From IMG/VR virus record IMGVR_UViG_3300038345_000144: DNA of 64,000 nucleotides. One strand, 5' to 3'. Positions 62,148 through 64,000 of this stretch are shown here, piece after piece; the stretch's first letter is position 1; every line of letters begins with the position of its first letter. Below the pieces are notes generated by a model. The model saw nothing but the letters and a program-made list of their open reading frames with translations, searched no databases and had not been told where the DNA came from. Made by a program: the position numbers and the translations under genes. The stretch comes from a virus. Its lineage: Duplodnaviria; Caudoviricetes.

Positions 62148-64000
62148 TTATTTTCCGTGTACTTCAGTAATTTGTTCACCCTTTTTGAGTTTGAGAACTA
62201 CCTTACCACTGGCACTTCTACCCGCCTGAACATTCTGACCAACAGCGTCAATAGTGACAGTTCTCTGGTTAGTGGTAATCTCGATGTTCTCGTCCTCTTT
62301 GAGTAACTTAACAGCGATAACCTCGTCACCAGCAACCTTTAAGCCACATACCGTTGTACCGATAGCCTTACTAATCTTCAAGCAATTATCGACAGGCATC
62401 TTCTTACCAACACCAGTCTTGGTAACAAAGTAGATATAAGGCAAGTCAACATCTTCGGAATAGATAGCAATTACCTTTTCGTTCTTACCGATTTCAGGTC
62501 TCAAATCAGAGATATTGTTACCCGAAGCGGCAGGCATTACTACATCAATAGTATTTGACTTAATCTTATACATATTACCGAGGTTAGTAACCATAGTTAC
62601 ATACTGGTTGCCCTCAACTGTAATAAACTTACTGTCTTCGTCAGTAGACCTAAACTTTGTAGGGTCAACTCTCTTGAGTGTCTGTGCTTCTGTAAGAACG
62701 ACCTTGAATATCTTTTTAGGCTTTGCGACCTTTGGCTTTGTAACAGCAACTCTAATATCCTGCATTTCAATATCTTCGAGTTGTGTTTTTCTTTCCCAGC
62801 CGTACTTATCAACAAGAGCATTAAATTGCTTAACGAATAACTTTGTACGAGCCTTTTCGTCGTTAATCAACTTCTCGTCTTCAGCCTTCTGCTTCTCCAA
62901 AGAGTCCTTTTCGTCATTCAACTTCTGCTTTTCGAGGTTAGCAAGTTTACCGAGTTGTGTAGTTACGATAGCCTCTGCCTGTACTTCTGTGAAGTGGAGA
63001 GCCTTACCGTTCTTACCCTTAAAGGCTTTCTTAACGATTGCCTGCTTTGCATCTTCGGAAGACTTGGAGGATTTGATTGTCTTGATAATCTCGTCAATTA
63101 CATCTAAAGCGGAAAGCAAACCATAGAGGACTTCCAATCTGTGATTAACTTTATCAAGGTCATATTGAGCCTCTTTAACAATAATCTCCAAGTTCTTTCT
63201 TACAAAATATTCGATATACTTCGGAAGTGTGATAGTTTCTGGCTGACCACTCTCACCGATAGCAATATGAAGGTCGGTAATGTTGATTTGAAGAGGTGTT
63301 TTTCTATAAAGAAGTTCTCTTACATATTCAGCAGTACCCTCTTGACACATAATTTCAATCAAGAAGCCGTTTCTATCACAACGGTCTGCCATATCAACAA
63401 TCGGCACATTATCCGTAGTCTCTACGAGTTTCTTAACCTTCTCTCGATAATCTTTAGGGAAGTAGCCGTAAGGGAGTGAATAAATCTTGATAGTGTCACC
63501 TTCAATTTCGGTTTCACCTCTTAATCTGATTGTACCCTTACCAGTCTCATAAATACTGGCTAACTCTGACTTGTTGATGATGATACCACCCGTAGGGAAG
63601 TCAGGGAAAACCTTTGTGCAATCAACCTTACCAGTCTTGATAAAGTTCAAAATCTGGTCTCTTATCTCGAAAAGGTTAGAACTTGACCAAGTAGCCTTGA
63701 TACCATAACCCATTCCTAACTCATTTGTCATAAAGAGTAATGGAAGTTTAGCAACCCAATCCTGCAAGATAGGTTCAGGACACTCCTCGGAATAGTTCTT
63801 ACCCATATGCAAGATGTTTGTGTTATAGAACAACGCATCCTCAAGCACTTCTGCCATTCTGATTTCTGTATATCTCTGATTTGATACTTCAGGACCACCA
63901 ATCAAGGAGCCGTAACCACCGTGACCGTCAAGAAGCGGTACAGGATATACGAAATCTTGAGCCATACGAGCCATAACACCATATGCTCCTGCGTGAGGGT
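62148..64000 (-). CDS. gyrA: type IIA topoisomerase subunit A (GyrA/ParC-like), 5' end outside window
   Basis: PH...Y..MARMAQDF, PLLDGHG..GS, RYTE active-site Tyr, PDFPTGG, C-terminal beta-pinwheel-like repeats; frame open to the window edge. Confidence 0.9.
   Translation of the reverse strand, partial: PHAGAYGVMARMAQDFVYPVPLLDGHGGYGSLIGGPEVSNQRYTEIRMAEVLEDALFYNTNILHMGKNYSEECPEPILQDWVAKLPLLFMTNELGMGYGIKATWSSSNLFEIRDQILNFIKTGKVDCTKVFPDFPTGGIIINKSELASIYETGKGTIRLRGETEIEGDTIKIYSLPYGYFPKDYREKVKKLVETTDNVPIVDMADRCDRNGFLIEIMCQEGTAEYVRELLYRKTPLQINITDLHIAIGESGQPETITLPKYIEYFVRKNLEIIVKEAQYDLDKVNHRLEVLYGLLSALDVIDEIIKTIKSSKSSEDAKQAIVKKAFKGKNGKALHFTEVQAEAIVTTQLGKLANLEKQKLNDEKDSLEKQKAEDEKLINDEKARTKLFVKQFNALVDKYGWERKTQLEDIEMQDIRVAVTKPKVAKPKKIFKVVLTEAQTLKRVDPTKFRSTDEDSKFITVEGNQYVTMVTNLGNMYKIKSNTIDVVMPAASGNNISDLRPEIGKNEKVIAIYSEDVDLPYIYFVTKTGVGKKMPVDNCLKISKAIGTTVCGLKVAGDEVIAVKLLKEDENIEITTNQRTVTIDAVGQNVQAGRSASGKVVLKLKKGEQITEVHGK

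Noticed and set aside
1-64000. Antisense ORFs in the track (e.g. 430..792+, 5036..5458+, 11279..11710+, 28676..29077-, 62515..63126+)
   Set aside because: They are shadows of well-supported opposite-strand genes and lack RBS or motifs.
1-64000. Stop-codon reassignment, tRNA or rRNA genes, IS elements, integrase
   Set aside because: Genes tile densely under the standard code; no cloverleaf, rRNA, transposase or recombinase motifs noticed.

Overview
64 kb segment of a large (probably jumbo) phage genome, likely infecting a Firmicutes/Clostridia-type host (inference from dense short ORFs, GGAG ribosome-binding sites, sigma70-like promoters and gene content; standard genetic code). Almost all genes are on the minus strand except a plus-strand block at ~28.0-37.2 kb and a lone metallophosphoesterase gene. 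Recognisable genes: 3D-domain protein, a PurA-like/vWA/kinase-like three-gene operon, DUF5662-like HD-fold protein, metallophosphoesterase, pentapeptide-repeat protein, Pol-beta-type nucleotidyltransferase, CCA-adding enzyme, HExxH metalloprotease, Cx5R phosphatase, SF2 helicase and a 5'-truncated GyrA/ParC. There are several expanded families of small membrane proteins and four lipoproteins. The most striking element is a pair of cas-less CRISPR-like arrays (61597-62022, 8 repeats; 54611-54770, 3 repeats). Their repeats differ in sequence but keep a covarying hairpin, an 8-nt 3' tag and 31-33-nt spacers, i.e. type I-E crRNA geometry. The larger array has its own promoter and abuts a translationally coupled operon of an SF2 helicase plus three paralogous proteins built from 13 copies of a ~50-aa repeat with a C-terminal Zn site. 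All assignments are by eye from motifs; no database searches were run.
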